Part shown: piece after piece, positions 1-7,704 of the stretch
Layout of the letters: every line of letters starts with the position of its first letter
How positions within the stretch are numbered: the first letter of the stretch is position 1
Assembly (NCBI GenBank): GCA_016784105.1
Contig: JADHVG010000001.1
Coordinates: 16,238-48,237 of the forward strand
Reading direction: 5' to 3'
DNA from: Candidatus Woesearchaeota archaeon
Lineage (GTDB): Archaea; Nanobdellota; Nanobdellia; Woesearchaeales; GW2011-AR4
Length of the DNA: 32,000 nucleotides
Translations under genes and position numbers: made by a program
Notes under the pieces: generated by a model
Told to the model about the DNA's origin: nothing
Seen by the model: only the letters and a program-made list of their open reading frames with translations
Databases searched by the model: none

Positions 1-65
1 TCAAGATATCATCATTTAAAAATTATTCTACTCAAGTAGGAAAATATAATAAATAGTTAGATCAA

Positions 66-650
66 ATGAATTTTATGAAATTTTTTTCAGATAAAAAATT
101 CATTTTTCTGCTCCTAATTTTGGATATCTTAGGAGTCCTGTTTTCATTTAACACTTACACTAACAGCATAAACAAACATATTTCGATTGGGAAAATTTAT
201 TTGATACCATTTTTTATGGTAAGTTTTTGGCTTTATTTGTTTGCAGCAATCTTCTTAGCATCAATAATTTTTAAGATAAAGATTCCTAATTTTTTGAAAG
301 GACTGATTTTCATTTATTGCTTCTCGTATGGATTCGGGTCTATGATCTTTTATCCATTGCTGATGAGTTTTGTGAAAGGATTTTCTTATTATCATTTCTG
401 GAATGTGTTTGCGCATGGCTTTGTTGGTTTGCAAAGTTTGATCTTTCTTAAACACATCAAAAAACCGAAAAATTTTAGCCTAATAACCTTAATTCTCATC
501 TTTTTAGCTAAAGATTTACTTGATCTTTTCTTGGGAGCTTTTCTTTATTTTACAAGATACGAGTTTTCATTACTTCTCAAAGGATTTATTGTATTCATTA
601 CCTTATCTTTGCAAATAACAGCTTTCTATATGTTGATAAAGAAAAATTAG
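66..650 (+). CDS. polytopic integral membrane protein, function unknown
   Basis: 194-aa ORF made almost entirely of hydrophobic helices (FIFLLLILDILGVLFSF, IYLIPFFMVSFWLYLFAAIFLASIIF, LITLILIFLAKDLLDLFLGAFLYF). No catalytic motif recognised. Confidence 0.6.
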   Translation: MNFMKFFSDKKFIFLLLILDILGVLFSFNTYTNSINKHISIGKIYLIPFFMVSFWLYLFAAIFLASIIFKIKIPNFLKGLIFIYCFSYGFGSMIFYPLLMSFVKGFSYYHFWNVFAHGFVGLQSLIFLKHIKKPKNFSLITLILIFLAKDLLDLFLGAFLYFTRYEFSLLLKGFIVFITLSLQITAFYMLIKKN

Positions 651-2389
651 ATGTAGGTTGCAGTGCACTTGACATCACAAGGCATACATAAAAATCCCTG
701 AATAAAATTACACTTCTCAACTTGAGCGCAAACAGTTCCAGCTTGACCAGCAGCCACGCTCCGGGAACCTTCAGGAGTGCACTTACCCGTTCCATCATTT
801 TCTTCTTTTTCAACATTTACATCTTGATTGCATGTTGAAATATAGTTCTGACAGTTCTCTGGAGATTCTTCGTAGAATAAAGTTGGGGCTCCTAAACTCA
901 AAACTCCCAAGCCAAGACTCAATCCTGTCAATCCTAAATAAATTCCTCCAATCAATGCTGGATTAGAAAATGTTGTTCCGATAGCCTCTCCTATGGCAGT
1001 ACCTGCTCCTTCAAGTCCTCCCTCCAATAGTTGAGTGAATAGGGGACCATCAAAATAAATTAAAGAACCAACAGATATTATTGTCAACCCCAAACTAACA
1101 TAACACAATGCACTTGGCTCTAAGCTATGTTCAACATCAACAGTCTTCTGTGTTTGTTCTGAACAACTCACAGCAGAAAACTCAGAAAACCCCTCAATAA
1201 CAGCAGAAACTTCATGGTCTTGAGGATTATCAAAGCTTCTCAAAGGGAACCAAAAATCATCCTTCCCTTCAAGAATCGCCATCTGGCTGATCTCATTAGG
1301 ATCATAATTAATAATCAATCTCTGTGGCTTGTTGAATTTCAATCCGTCAGGCTCAAAAGTATAAACTGGATTCGTTATGACATAAGATAAGTCTTGTCTT
1401 TGTAGCACATCAGCATTCCTCTTGGAAATAGGAACATTTTCTGCAAACACCTCATCAGGATATGTTTGATAAACATCTATCTTATCCACATCATTCCCAT
1501 ATAAATTAGCTGTTGTGCCTTCACTTATTTCTAAAACCACCTTATTGTCCGGACTTCTAACCTCAAAAGAGCTAAAGGCAGAGTTAACATCACTATGATT
1601 CTGCAAGTTAGTTGTTTTTTTCAAAAAAGTGTTTCCAAGTTTAGCCGCAAAAGACAAAGTATAAGGAACATCATCGGGAGTTATAGCTTTTTCATCCGTA
1701 ACACCAAAAATAAAATTATCTTGTGAACTTTCCACAACAGACAACTCAAAACCGTAATCTTCCACATCCAATAAAGGATCAAGAACATTAAAATCTGGAC
1801 TTAAGACATGCTGATTAACATTAGAAGCTGCTTCGAAAATTCTACGATAAGGAACCTTTAAACGCTCATTGAACTTATCATAACTAACCTCAAAATCAGT
1901 CTGTTTCAAAGTTATGGGATAACTAACAGAGATAAACACATCTTCATTCGCAAAATCTATTGACGCTTCCATTACTCCTTTATCTACTTGAAAACCTTGG
2001 GTTTCTATCAAAGTTTTATCAACACACAAAGGAAATTCATGAAGAATATATCCAAGAAGCTCTTTTTGGGTATGATTGAGGAAAGGCTGCACGTTAGCAT
2101 AATTAAAGTTCCAATAACTCTTCCCTTGATGCAAGAAAGATGAAGGAATGTCTATGTAGCCGCTTTGACCTCCAATTTTCTTAAGACCATCATAGCTGGT
2201 TTTCTTTAAACAGCTCTGCATGAAATTTCTCATCTCATCGGCCTGCAAAGATAATTTAGCGGCTTTCTCTGTTGCTGCTTTCGCATCAGCCTCTCTAATG
2301 CTTCTGTACACAATAAAAGATATAAGAAGAACAATCATTATTACGGCTGCAGTTACTAAAACAATAGAAAGCTGACCTCTTTTCCTCAT
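647..2389 (-). CDS. large membrane-anchored envelope protein, unknown family
   Basis: 580-aa ORF. N-terminus is MRKRGQLSIVLVTAAVIMIVLLISFIVY (basic residues plus one long helix). About 400 hydrophilic residues follow, then two Gly-rich hydrophobic segments and a 74-aa tail with 8 Cys. A TTATAAA element starts 30 nt upstream of the ATG. Confidence 0.75.
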   Translation of the reverse strand: MRKRGQLSIVLVTAAVIMIVLLISFIVYRSIREADAKAATEKAAKLSLQADEMRNFMQSCLKKTSYDGLKKIGGQSGYIDIPSSFLHQGKSYWNFNYANVQPFLNHTQKELLGYILHEFPLCVDKTLIETQGFQVDKGVMEASIDFANEDVFISVSYPITLKQTDFEVSYDKFNERLKVPYRRIFEAASNVNQHVLSPDFNVLDPLLDVEDYGFELSVVESSQDNFIFGVTDEKAITPDDVPYTLSFAAKLGNTFLKKTTNLQNHSDVNSAFSSFEVRSPDNKVVLEISEGTTANLYGNDVDKIDVYQTYPDEVFAENVPISKRNADVLQRQDLSYVITNPVYTFEPDGLKFNKPQRLIINYDPNEISQMAILEGKDDFWFPLRSFDNPQDHEVSAVIEGFSEFSAVSCSEQTQKTVDVEHSLEPSALCYVSLGLTIISVGSLIYFDGPLFTQLLEGGLEGAGTAIGEAIGTTFSNPALIGGIYLGLTGLSLGLGVLSLGAPTLFYEESPENCQNYISTCNQDVNVEKEENDGTGKCTPEGSRSVAAGQAGTVCAQVEKCNFIQGFLCMPCDVKCTATYI

Positions 2390-2442
2390 AAAAAGGATTC
2401 TGAAGAAAATGGTTTATAATATTTTCTAAATAAAAAAGAAAA

Positions 2443-3630
2443 TTAGGCCTTGACCTTGGCCTCTACTTTTAATCCAACAGTTTCTTGTAATTCTGAAACC
2501 TTATCAGTCTTTTCCCAAGTGAAATCAGGATCTTCTCTTCCAAAATGTCCGTAAGCAGCTGTCTTTTGAAAAATAGGCCTTTTAAGCTTCAATTGCTTTA
2601 CAATTGCCTTGGGTCTTAGATCAAATACTTTACCAACAGCATCAGCAATTTTTTCTTCATCTACATTTGATGTTCCAAAAGTCTCAATATTAACTGATGT
2701 GGGCTTAGAAATTCCGATTGAATAGCTTAGTTGAACTTCACACCTATCAGCTAGATCTGCTGCAACTATATTTTTCGCAACATAACGAGCCATGTAAGCA
2801 CCGGATCTATCAACTTTTGATGAATCCTTACCAGAGAAAGCTCCCCCACCATGTCTGCCCATTCCACCATAAGTATCAACAATAATTTTCCTTCCTGTTA
2901 AACCAGCATCTCCATGAGGTCCTCCAATAACAAACTTTCCAGTTGCATTGATGTGGATTCTCGCATCTTTATCTAGCCAATCTCCACAAACCTCATTAAT
3001 AACTTTTTCTTCGATTTCTTTCCTTAAGCCATCTTCAGAAACAGTATCAAGATGTTGTTGTGCTATAACAACTGCTGTGATTTTTTTTGGAACACCATCT
3101 TCATATCTTACAGAAACCTGAGATTTCCCATCGGGACCTAGGCCCTTAATAGCTCCACTTCTCCTTACTTCTGCTAACCTTAAAGTTAATTTATGAGCCA
3201 TAGTTATAGGAAACGGCATTAGTTCAGGAGTTTCTTTACATGCAAAACCAAACATCATTCCTTGGTCTCCAGCTCCCTGGTCTAGATCTTCTCCACTGCC
3301 TTCATCTACTCCTTGTGCAATATCCACTGATTGTTCGTGCAAAGCACTCCAAACACCACAATCTTCATGATGAAGACCAAATCTTGAATCAGTATAACCA
3401 ATTTTTTCTAAAGTTGCCCTAGCAATTTTTTGAATATCTACATAAGCTTTAGTTCTTGCTTCTCCTGCAACATGTACAGTTCCTGTTGTTGTTAATGTCT
3501 CCGCAGCACACCTTGACTCAGAATCTTGACGCAGCATCTCATCTAATATTGCATCAGAAACCTGGTCTGCTACCTTATCAGGATGTCCTTCCGTAACCGA
3601 TTCAGAAGTAAAATATTCTATTTTTGCCAT
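2443..3630 (-). CDS. metK: S-adenosylmethionine synthetase, bacterial/eukaryal MetK type
   Basis: Near full-length collinearity with E. coli MetK motifs: [58 protein letters not shown]. Start moved to ATG 3630 (MAKIEYF) because GAGGTGGT lies 7 nt upstream; the track start at 3642 is a GTG inside that SD. Confidence 0.95.
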   Translation of the reverse strand: MAKIEYFTSESVTEGHPDKVADQVSDAILDEMLRQDSESRCAAETLTTTGTVHVAGEARTKAYVDIQKIARATLEKIGYTDSRFGLHHEDCGVWSALHEQSVDIAQGVDEGSGEDLDQGAGDQGMMFGFACKETPELMPFPITMAHKLTLRLAEVRRSGAIKGLGPDGKSQVSVRYEDGVPKKITAVVIAQQHLDTVSEDGLRKEIEEKVINEVCGDWLDKDARIHINATGKFVIGGPHGDAGLTGRKIIVDTYGGMGRHGGGAFSGKDSSKVDRSGAYMARYVAKNIVAADLADRCEVQLSYSIGISKPTSVNIETFGTSNVDEEKIADAVGKVFDLRPKAIVKQLKLKRPIFQKTAAYGHFGREDPDFTWEKTDKVSELQETVGLKVEAKVKA

Positions 3631-3747
3631 TTTAATTACCACCTCAAATTTTGATTGTTTTTACATTATAATTCCATTTTCTTTTAAAAAGCTTCTTGTG
3701 TAGAATATTCCGAAAAGAATAAATAGGGATTGGGATTATTTTCTTAT

Positions 3748-4293
3748 ATGGTCTATGATTTATCAGAAATAAAAAAAATAAGAAAAAATTTAGGATTAAC
3801 ACAATTCCAACTTTCTAAACAAGCTGATGTTTCTCAGAGCTTGATTGCTAAAATTGAAGCTGGAAAAATAGATCCTACTTTTACCAAAGCCCAAAAAATA
3901 TTTGAAGCACTGACAAGGTTAGAGAAAAAAGAAGAGATAAAAGCAGAAGAGATAATGAACAATAGATTGGTTAGTGTGTCATCCTTCGAGGATATCAAGA
4001 ATGCAATAACCAAGATGAGAAAACTAGGTATATCTCAGATGCCAGTTATCGAGGACCATAAAGCTATTGGTACTATCTCAGAATCTATTGTTCTTGATGC
4101 TTTACTAGACAGCAAAGGGAAAAAAGTAGAAGACATAATGGAAGATGCTCCGCCAATAGTTTCCAGGAAAGCTTCCATAAAATTAGTATCAGATTTATTA
4201 CGACATTACCCCTTAGTTATTGTTTCTAAGACCGGAAAATTAGTAGGAGTTATAACCAAAGCAGATCTGCTTGGAAAATTATATAGAAATTGA
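3748..4293 (+). CDS. transcriptional regulator, N-terminal XRE-type HTH plus CBS domain pair
   Basis: The HTH is LGLTQFQLSKQADVSQSLIAKIEAG. Two CBS-like repeats follow (IMNNRLVSVSS...GISQMPVIED and VEDIMEDAPPIVS...VGVITKADLL). ATG 3748 is preferred over TTG 3730 because AATAAATAG starts 30 nt upstream of it. Confidence 0.85.
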   Translation: MVYDLSEIKKIRKNLGLTQFQLSKQADVSQSLIAKIEAGKIDPTFTKAQKIFEALTRLEKKEEIKAEEIMNNRLVSVSSFEDIKNAITKMRKLGISQMPVIEDHKAIGTISESIVLDALLDSKGKKVEDIMEDAPPIVSRKASIKLVSDLLRHYPLVIVSKTGKLVGVITKADLLGKLYRN

Positions 4294-4565
4294 TGATGAG
4301 AAAAGAACTTTTAGTTGTGGATATGCACCTAAGAGCTTTATTACTTTCAGGCCAGATTGCTCCATCTTCAGAGGTAATGGTTTTGTCAAGAGAATCAGAC
4401 TTCGATGTAAGCCTAGAAGATTTAATGCACAGAGAACCAATTGTTAGAGTTAGAAACCAACAACAATACCCCATTAATTTTAAAAAAAGTTTAGGTAAGA
4501 AACCAAAAAGAGATTTATTAAACACTACAAGCCACCATTCTTTGATGGGCTATTTAAGAGTTTAG
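4293..4565 (+). CDS. hypothetical small protein, possibly a degenerate CBS-like remnant
   Basis: The start ATG shares one nt with the upstream TGA (TGATG), suggesting translational coupling. LEDLMHREPIVRVR resembles the VEDIMEDAPPIVSR start of the upstream CBS repeat. No other support. Confidence 0.3.
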   Translation: MMRKELLVVDMHLRALLLSGQIAPSSEVMVLSRESDFDVSLEDLMHREPIVRVRNQQQYPINFKKSLGKKPKRDLLNTTSHHSLMGYLRV

Positions 4566-4567
4566 TT

Positions 4568-4891
4568 TTATCCAATCACATTAACCGGATCATACTTTGG
4601 GACTCCTTCTGGCCTTGTTGCAACACTAGACTCATATAAGACAGTAACTTGCTTCGAATGTGCAAAAGGAGTTCTTTCATCTCTCGGCACAAAAACTCTA
4701 GTGCCCCCTTCTAAAGGATGACTTACAGTATAATTACTGGAACTAGGTTCAATTCTTGATACTAAATGGTCTCTAAAAGTAAGTCCGGATTCATCTATTT
4801 TAGCACCTTCAGAGCTACCTCTGTTTGAGACTTGTTTTTTCTCTGGATGCTTATTCTGAGGTTCATATCCTACAGACAATATCGAGTTCAT
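4568..4891 (-). CDS. small hypothetical protein, paralog A of a tandem pair
   Basis: 107-aa ORF. It shares motifs with the 5000-5353 product (LEGGTRVFVPRDERT vs MEGSGSTTYFFRTPDRT; HSKQVTV vs HSKQVVV; LYESS vs LYEAS; KYDPVNV vs KFDVNTV). It sits behind a conserved promoter module with TATA 31 nt upstream of the ATG. Confidence 0.6.
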   Translation of the reverse strand: MNSILSVGYEPQNKHPEKKQVSNRGSSEGAKIDESGLTFRDHLVSRIEPSSSNYTVSHPLEGGTRVFVPRDERTPFAHSKQVTVLYESSVATRPEGVPKYDPVNVIG

Positions 4892-4916
4892 ACTTAGAAT
4901 TTAAGGAGTTTTAGTA

Positions 4917-4954
4917 TATAAACCTTTCTGTTTGTAGTTACTTTAAAGTAATGA
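4917..4954 (-). promoter_or_regulatory. 38-bp promoter module, copy A (palindrome plus BRE/TATA)
   Basis: Identical to 5378-5415. On the minus strand it reads TCATTACTTTAAAGTAACTACAAACAGAAAGGTTTATA. It contains the perfect 14-bp palindrome TTACTTTAAAGTAA (4938-4951) and GAAAGGTTTATA ending about 25 nt before the ATG at 4891. Confidence 0.7.
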
Positions 4955-4999
4955 AATATTATAGAAAAATCAAAAGGTTGTAACCAATTTGAATTAAGA

Positions 5000-5353
5000 T
5001 TATATCCTTCGGTTGATTGTTTCTGTTTTGGCAACAATGTCAAAATCAGGTTGTGTTGATAATTCAGGCAATAGTTTTCCTGATGCTTCATACAACGAAC
5101 CAGCAGGTTCGGGATTTATAGTTCTATCAGGGGTTCTAAAAAAATATGTAGTGCTTCCAGAACCTTCCATTCTTGCTCTTTCTGGATTTCCCAAGTAAGT
5201 ATCATTTATCCCTCCGAAGAAAAGATCAGTTTTCCCCGCCAAAGAGGTTGGACTATAAGTAGGATCGGCCTTAGCCTCCACCACAACAACCTGTTTTGAA
5301 TGTGGTGTAGGAACCGTATTTACATCAAACTTTATTGGTGCTACTGCGTCCAT
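5000..5353 (-). CDS. small hypothetical protein, paralog B of a tandem pair
   Basis: 117-aa ORF with shared motifs to 4568-4891 (see that entry). The region is locally more GC-rich than the flanks. The identical promoter module has TTTATA starting 30 nt upstream of the ATG. Confidence 0.6.
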   Translation of the reverse strand: MDAVAPIKFDVNTVPTPHSKQVVVVEAKADPTYSPTSLAGKTDLFFGGINDTYLGNPERARMEGSGSTTYFFRTPDRTINPEPAGSLYEASGKLLPELSTQPDFDIVAKTETINRRI

Positions 5354-5377
5354 AATAAATTAAGAATAAAGTCACTT

Positions 5378-5415
5378 TATAAACCTTTCTGTTTGTAGTT
5401 ACTTTAAAGTAATGA
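5378..5415 (-). promoter_or_regulatory. 38-bp promoter module, copy B
   Basis: Exact 38/38 match to 4917-4954, located 461 bp away. The palindrome TTACTTTAAAGTAA is at 5399-5412. Confidence 0.7.
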
Positions 5416-5424
5416 TTTTTAGGA

Positions 5425-6138
5425 TTAATCCAGGCTTTTCAACTTACCAAAATCATACAATTTATCGGAAACAACAATCGCTTGGAAGTTACTTAAATCC
5501 TGCTTCAATAACGGACTTAGAACTCTAGATTTTAACACATCGGTTCCTTCTGTTACTAAATTAAAGCTCGGAACAACAACTAAATTCTTTCTTTCCCATT
5601 TTCCCACTAGAAAACACTTGAACGTTTCTGCGCGCTTATTATCCTTAATAGAAACAGCAGGATGTTCATGACCCATAACAATAGTAGAAATCCCTTCTAA
5701 CTCTTTTTTTATAGGTAACTTATCACCGTGAATGCACAGGATCTTGCCTAATCTATAATGCTCTAAAACCTTAACTTTTCTTTTCTCAGCTATAGGCCCC
5801 AAGATCTTATCATGATTTCCCTTAAGCAAGATTATCTCAGAACAATGCCTTCCAAAAAAATCTATTAATTTTAGAGTATGACGCCATTCCTGCTCGGAAA
5901 TGATGCCAAATTCGTGCTTTAAATCTCCTAGAACAACAATTTTCTCTATTTTCTTACTCTTCAATCTATCAAATATCTTCTCTAATCTAAGAATTATTTC
6001 TTTAAATTGAAAGCGAGGAACTAACACTCCCCTTTTATTCAGAGCTTCTTCATAACCGATATGAAAATCAGTAAGAACAAGAGTATTATCCACAAATAAT
6101 GATAGATCAAACAGTTCAATGTTCTTTAATATTTTCAT
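5425..6138 (-). CDS. calcineurin-like metallophosphoesterase (archaeal SbcD/Mre11-related small phosphoesterase type)
   Basis: Ordered phosphoesterase motifs are present: DFHIGYEE, GDLKHEF, GNHD, GHEHP. 237 aa. Confidence 0.85.
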   Translation of the reverse strand: MKILKNIELFDLSLFVDNTLVLTDFHIGYEEALNKRGVLVPRFQFKEIILRLEKIFDRLKSKKIEKIVVLGDLKHEFGIISEQEWRHTLKLIDFFGRHCSEIILLKGNHDKILGPIAEKRKVKVLEHYRLGKILCIHGDKLPIKKELEGISTIVMGHEHPAVSIKDNKRAETFKCFLVGKWERKNLVVVPSFNLVTEGTDVLKSRVLSPLLKQDLSNFQAIVVSDKLYDFGKLKSLD

Positions 6139-6181
6139 AATAAGATAGAAATTTTTTGATAATTAAGAATTTATTGAAAAT

Positions 6182-6204
6182 AAAAAAGAAAAAAAAGGAA
6201 AAAA
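6182..6204 (-). terminator. oligo-T archaeal terminator
   Basis: Immediately after the stop at 6207 the minus strand reads GGTTTTTTCCTTTTTTTTCTTTTTT, three T-runs of 6, 8 and 6. Confidence 0.55.
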
Positions 6205-6206
6205 CC

Positions 6207-6563
6207 TTATTGGTTTTGTCCAAGAGCCCATACTTGTTTAAGTCCAACAACAACTGTTGCAGGAACAACAAAAGCAAGCATATTGGTCCAGATACCACTT
6301 AAGTATCCACCAATGAACTCAACAGATCCTAGTGTACTTGAAGCATCCCCAGCGAATGATGCAATGATCAAAACTGTAGCGACCACCATAAAATCCTTGG
6401 TTTCTTTTCCCTGTACGTTAAGGAATCCTGCTATCAAACCTAGCACCACTAACAATGAAGCTAGCATAGGTCCTGCATTTCCTAAACTACCGGAAGCTAC
6501 TCCAAGCACAACTGCTATAATTACTCCTCCAATAAAGGAATAATGTCCAATTTTCTGTTCCAC
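6207..6563 (-). CDS. small membrane protein (about 4 TM), unknown function
   Basis: 118-aa ORF with a GTG start. GAGGTGA lies 7 nt upstream. The sequence is Gly/Ala/Val-rich and hydrophobic throughout. Confidence 0.7.
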   Translation of the reverse strand: MEQKIGHYSFIGGVIIAVVLGVASGSLGNAGPMLASLLVVLGLIAGFLNVQGKETKDFMVVATVLIIASFAGDASSTLGSVEFIGGYLSGIWTNMLAFVVPATVVVGLKQVWALGQNQ

Positions 6564-6614
6564 TTTGGTTTCACCTCAAAATTTTTATATTATAATTAAT
6601 GCCCGATAATAGAC

Positions 6615-6627
6615 ATTGATAATCAAT
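6615..6627. promoter_or_regulatory. palindromic operator candidate, copy 1 (ATTGATAATCAAT)
   Basis: Perfect 6-1-6 palindrome. The 16-nt string ATTGATAATCAATAAT recurs at 6660-6675. It lies about 25-30 nt downstream of a minus-strand TTTATATA (6649-6642), near the expected TSS of the 6207-6563 gene. Confidence 0.55.
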
Positions 6628-6657
6628 AATTCATTTCAGAATATATAAACTTTTCGG

Positions 6658-6674
6658 TTATTGATAATCAATAA
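6658..6674. promoter_or_regulatory. palindromic operator candidate, copy 2 (TTATTGATAATCAATAA)
   Basis: Perfect 8-1-8 palindrome, centre 45 bp from copy 1. It lies directly upstream of CTTTAAATATAAG (6681-6693), the likely TATA of the wHTH gene. Confidence 0.55.
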
Positions 6675-6738
6675 TAGTAATCTTTAAATATAAGCAATAG
6701 CTATGCACCTCTTATAGCTAAAAACAAGGTAAATTAAG

Positions 6739-7362
6739 ATGTTTAACTCAGATAATGAAAAAAAGATAGTGGAATTCGTCAAAAAGAGTCCTTTCGGAGT
6801 CAGTTCTTCTGAGATTGCAAAATATATTGGCCTAAACCGGATGACAATAACTAAATACCTTGCCATTATCAAAGAAAAGGCTTTAATTGATTTTAAACAG
6901 TTTGGAATGGCAAAATTATGGTTCATTCCAGTAGATATCAGCAAAGAAAGCTTCTTTGAGAAAATAATGGCTTCTTATTCTGACAATATCTCTCTGGAAG
7001 AGTTAAAACACGCATCTGAGAACGCAGGGATCGATTTAGGAGAAGAAATAAATCTTATGTACTTACAATTTTACGATACTGAGAAATTAAGTTTTGACCA
7101 GCTATGTGATTGCTTTGTGGATGTTGGGAAAAAACTCAATGGTTCGTTCAAAGCATCTGGAAAATTCAATGAAAAAATAGATGTTGAGATATTGAAAAGT
7201 CCTTTTTCTGGAGGAAGTGTTAAAGCGATGAACACCGTACTATCAGGAGTCTTTGCCAAGATTGCTTCATTAAACTTAGGGTATGCACGTGCTTTAGTTA
7301 AAGAAGAAGAAAATAAAAATTCGATTATTGAAGTTTTCTTGAAGCAGGAAGAGAAACAATAA
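6739..7362 (+). CDS. winged-helix transcriptional regulator with uncharacterised C-terminal domain
   Basis: N-terminal wHTH pattern is IVEFVKKSPFGVSSSEIAKYIGLNRMTITKYLAIIKEKALIDFKQFGMAKLWF. About 130 further aa are of unrecognised family. AAGGT lies 8 nt before the ATG. Confidence 0.7.
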   Translation: MFNSDNEKKIVEFVKKSPFGVSSSEIAKYIGLNRMTITKYLAIIKEKALIDFKQFGMAKLWFIPVDISKESFFEKIMASYSDNISLEELKHASENAGIDLGEEINLMYLQFYDTEKLSFDQLCDCFVDVGKKLNGSFKASGKFNEKIDVEILKSPFSGGSVKAMNTVLSGVFAKIASLNLGYARALVKEEENKNSIIEVFLKQEEKQ

Positions 7363-7618
7363 TCCCCTCTCCGGTGTAATCCAGATTTGTTTCTGAAAAA
7401 ATCATCGTGCCATAGTTAGCGTTTTCTCTTACATTTGCTCCAAGTTCGATTACTGTGCCGCCTGGACAGAGAAATCTGCCATGTGCCTTGTCACCCGGAC
7501 CAAGAACCATCACTTCTAATCCCCCAAGTATTAGCAAACTTTGATTGGTTGGCCTTAGATAGATGTCAGGACTTGTTAATGAGGGGCTATCCAGTAAAAA
7601 TGAGTTGTAATCATCCAT
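7325..7618 (-). CDS. hypothetical protein
   Basis: 97-aa ORF in a locally GC-richer stretch. TTTTTAAAAAGG lies about 30 nt upstream of the ATG. No family recognised. Its 3' end overlaps the convergent gene by 38 nt. Confidence 0.4.
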   Translation of the reverse strand: MDDYNSFLLDSPSLTSPDIYLRPTNQSLLILGGLEVMVLGPGDKAHGRFLCPGGTVIELGANVRENANYGTMIFSETNLDYTGEGIIVSLPASRKLQ

Positions 7619-7704
7619 AGAAACAAGAAACTTTTGTCCTTTTTAAAAATTATTAATTCAAAAACTATAAAAGATACTTAATAATTCTAAATTTAGGTGA
7701 TATT

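Noticed and set aside
4250-5198. ORFs 4250-4525(-), 4894-5091(-) and 5013-5198(+).
   Set aside because: The first is antisense to a better-supported coupled ORF. The second spans the promoter module and spacer of the small paralog. The third is antisense to paralog B.
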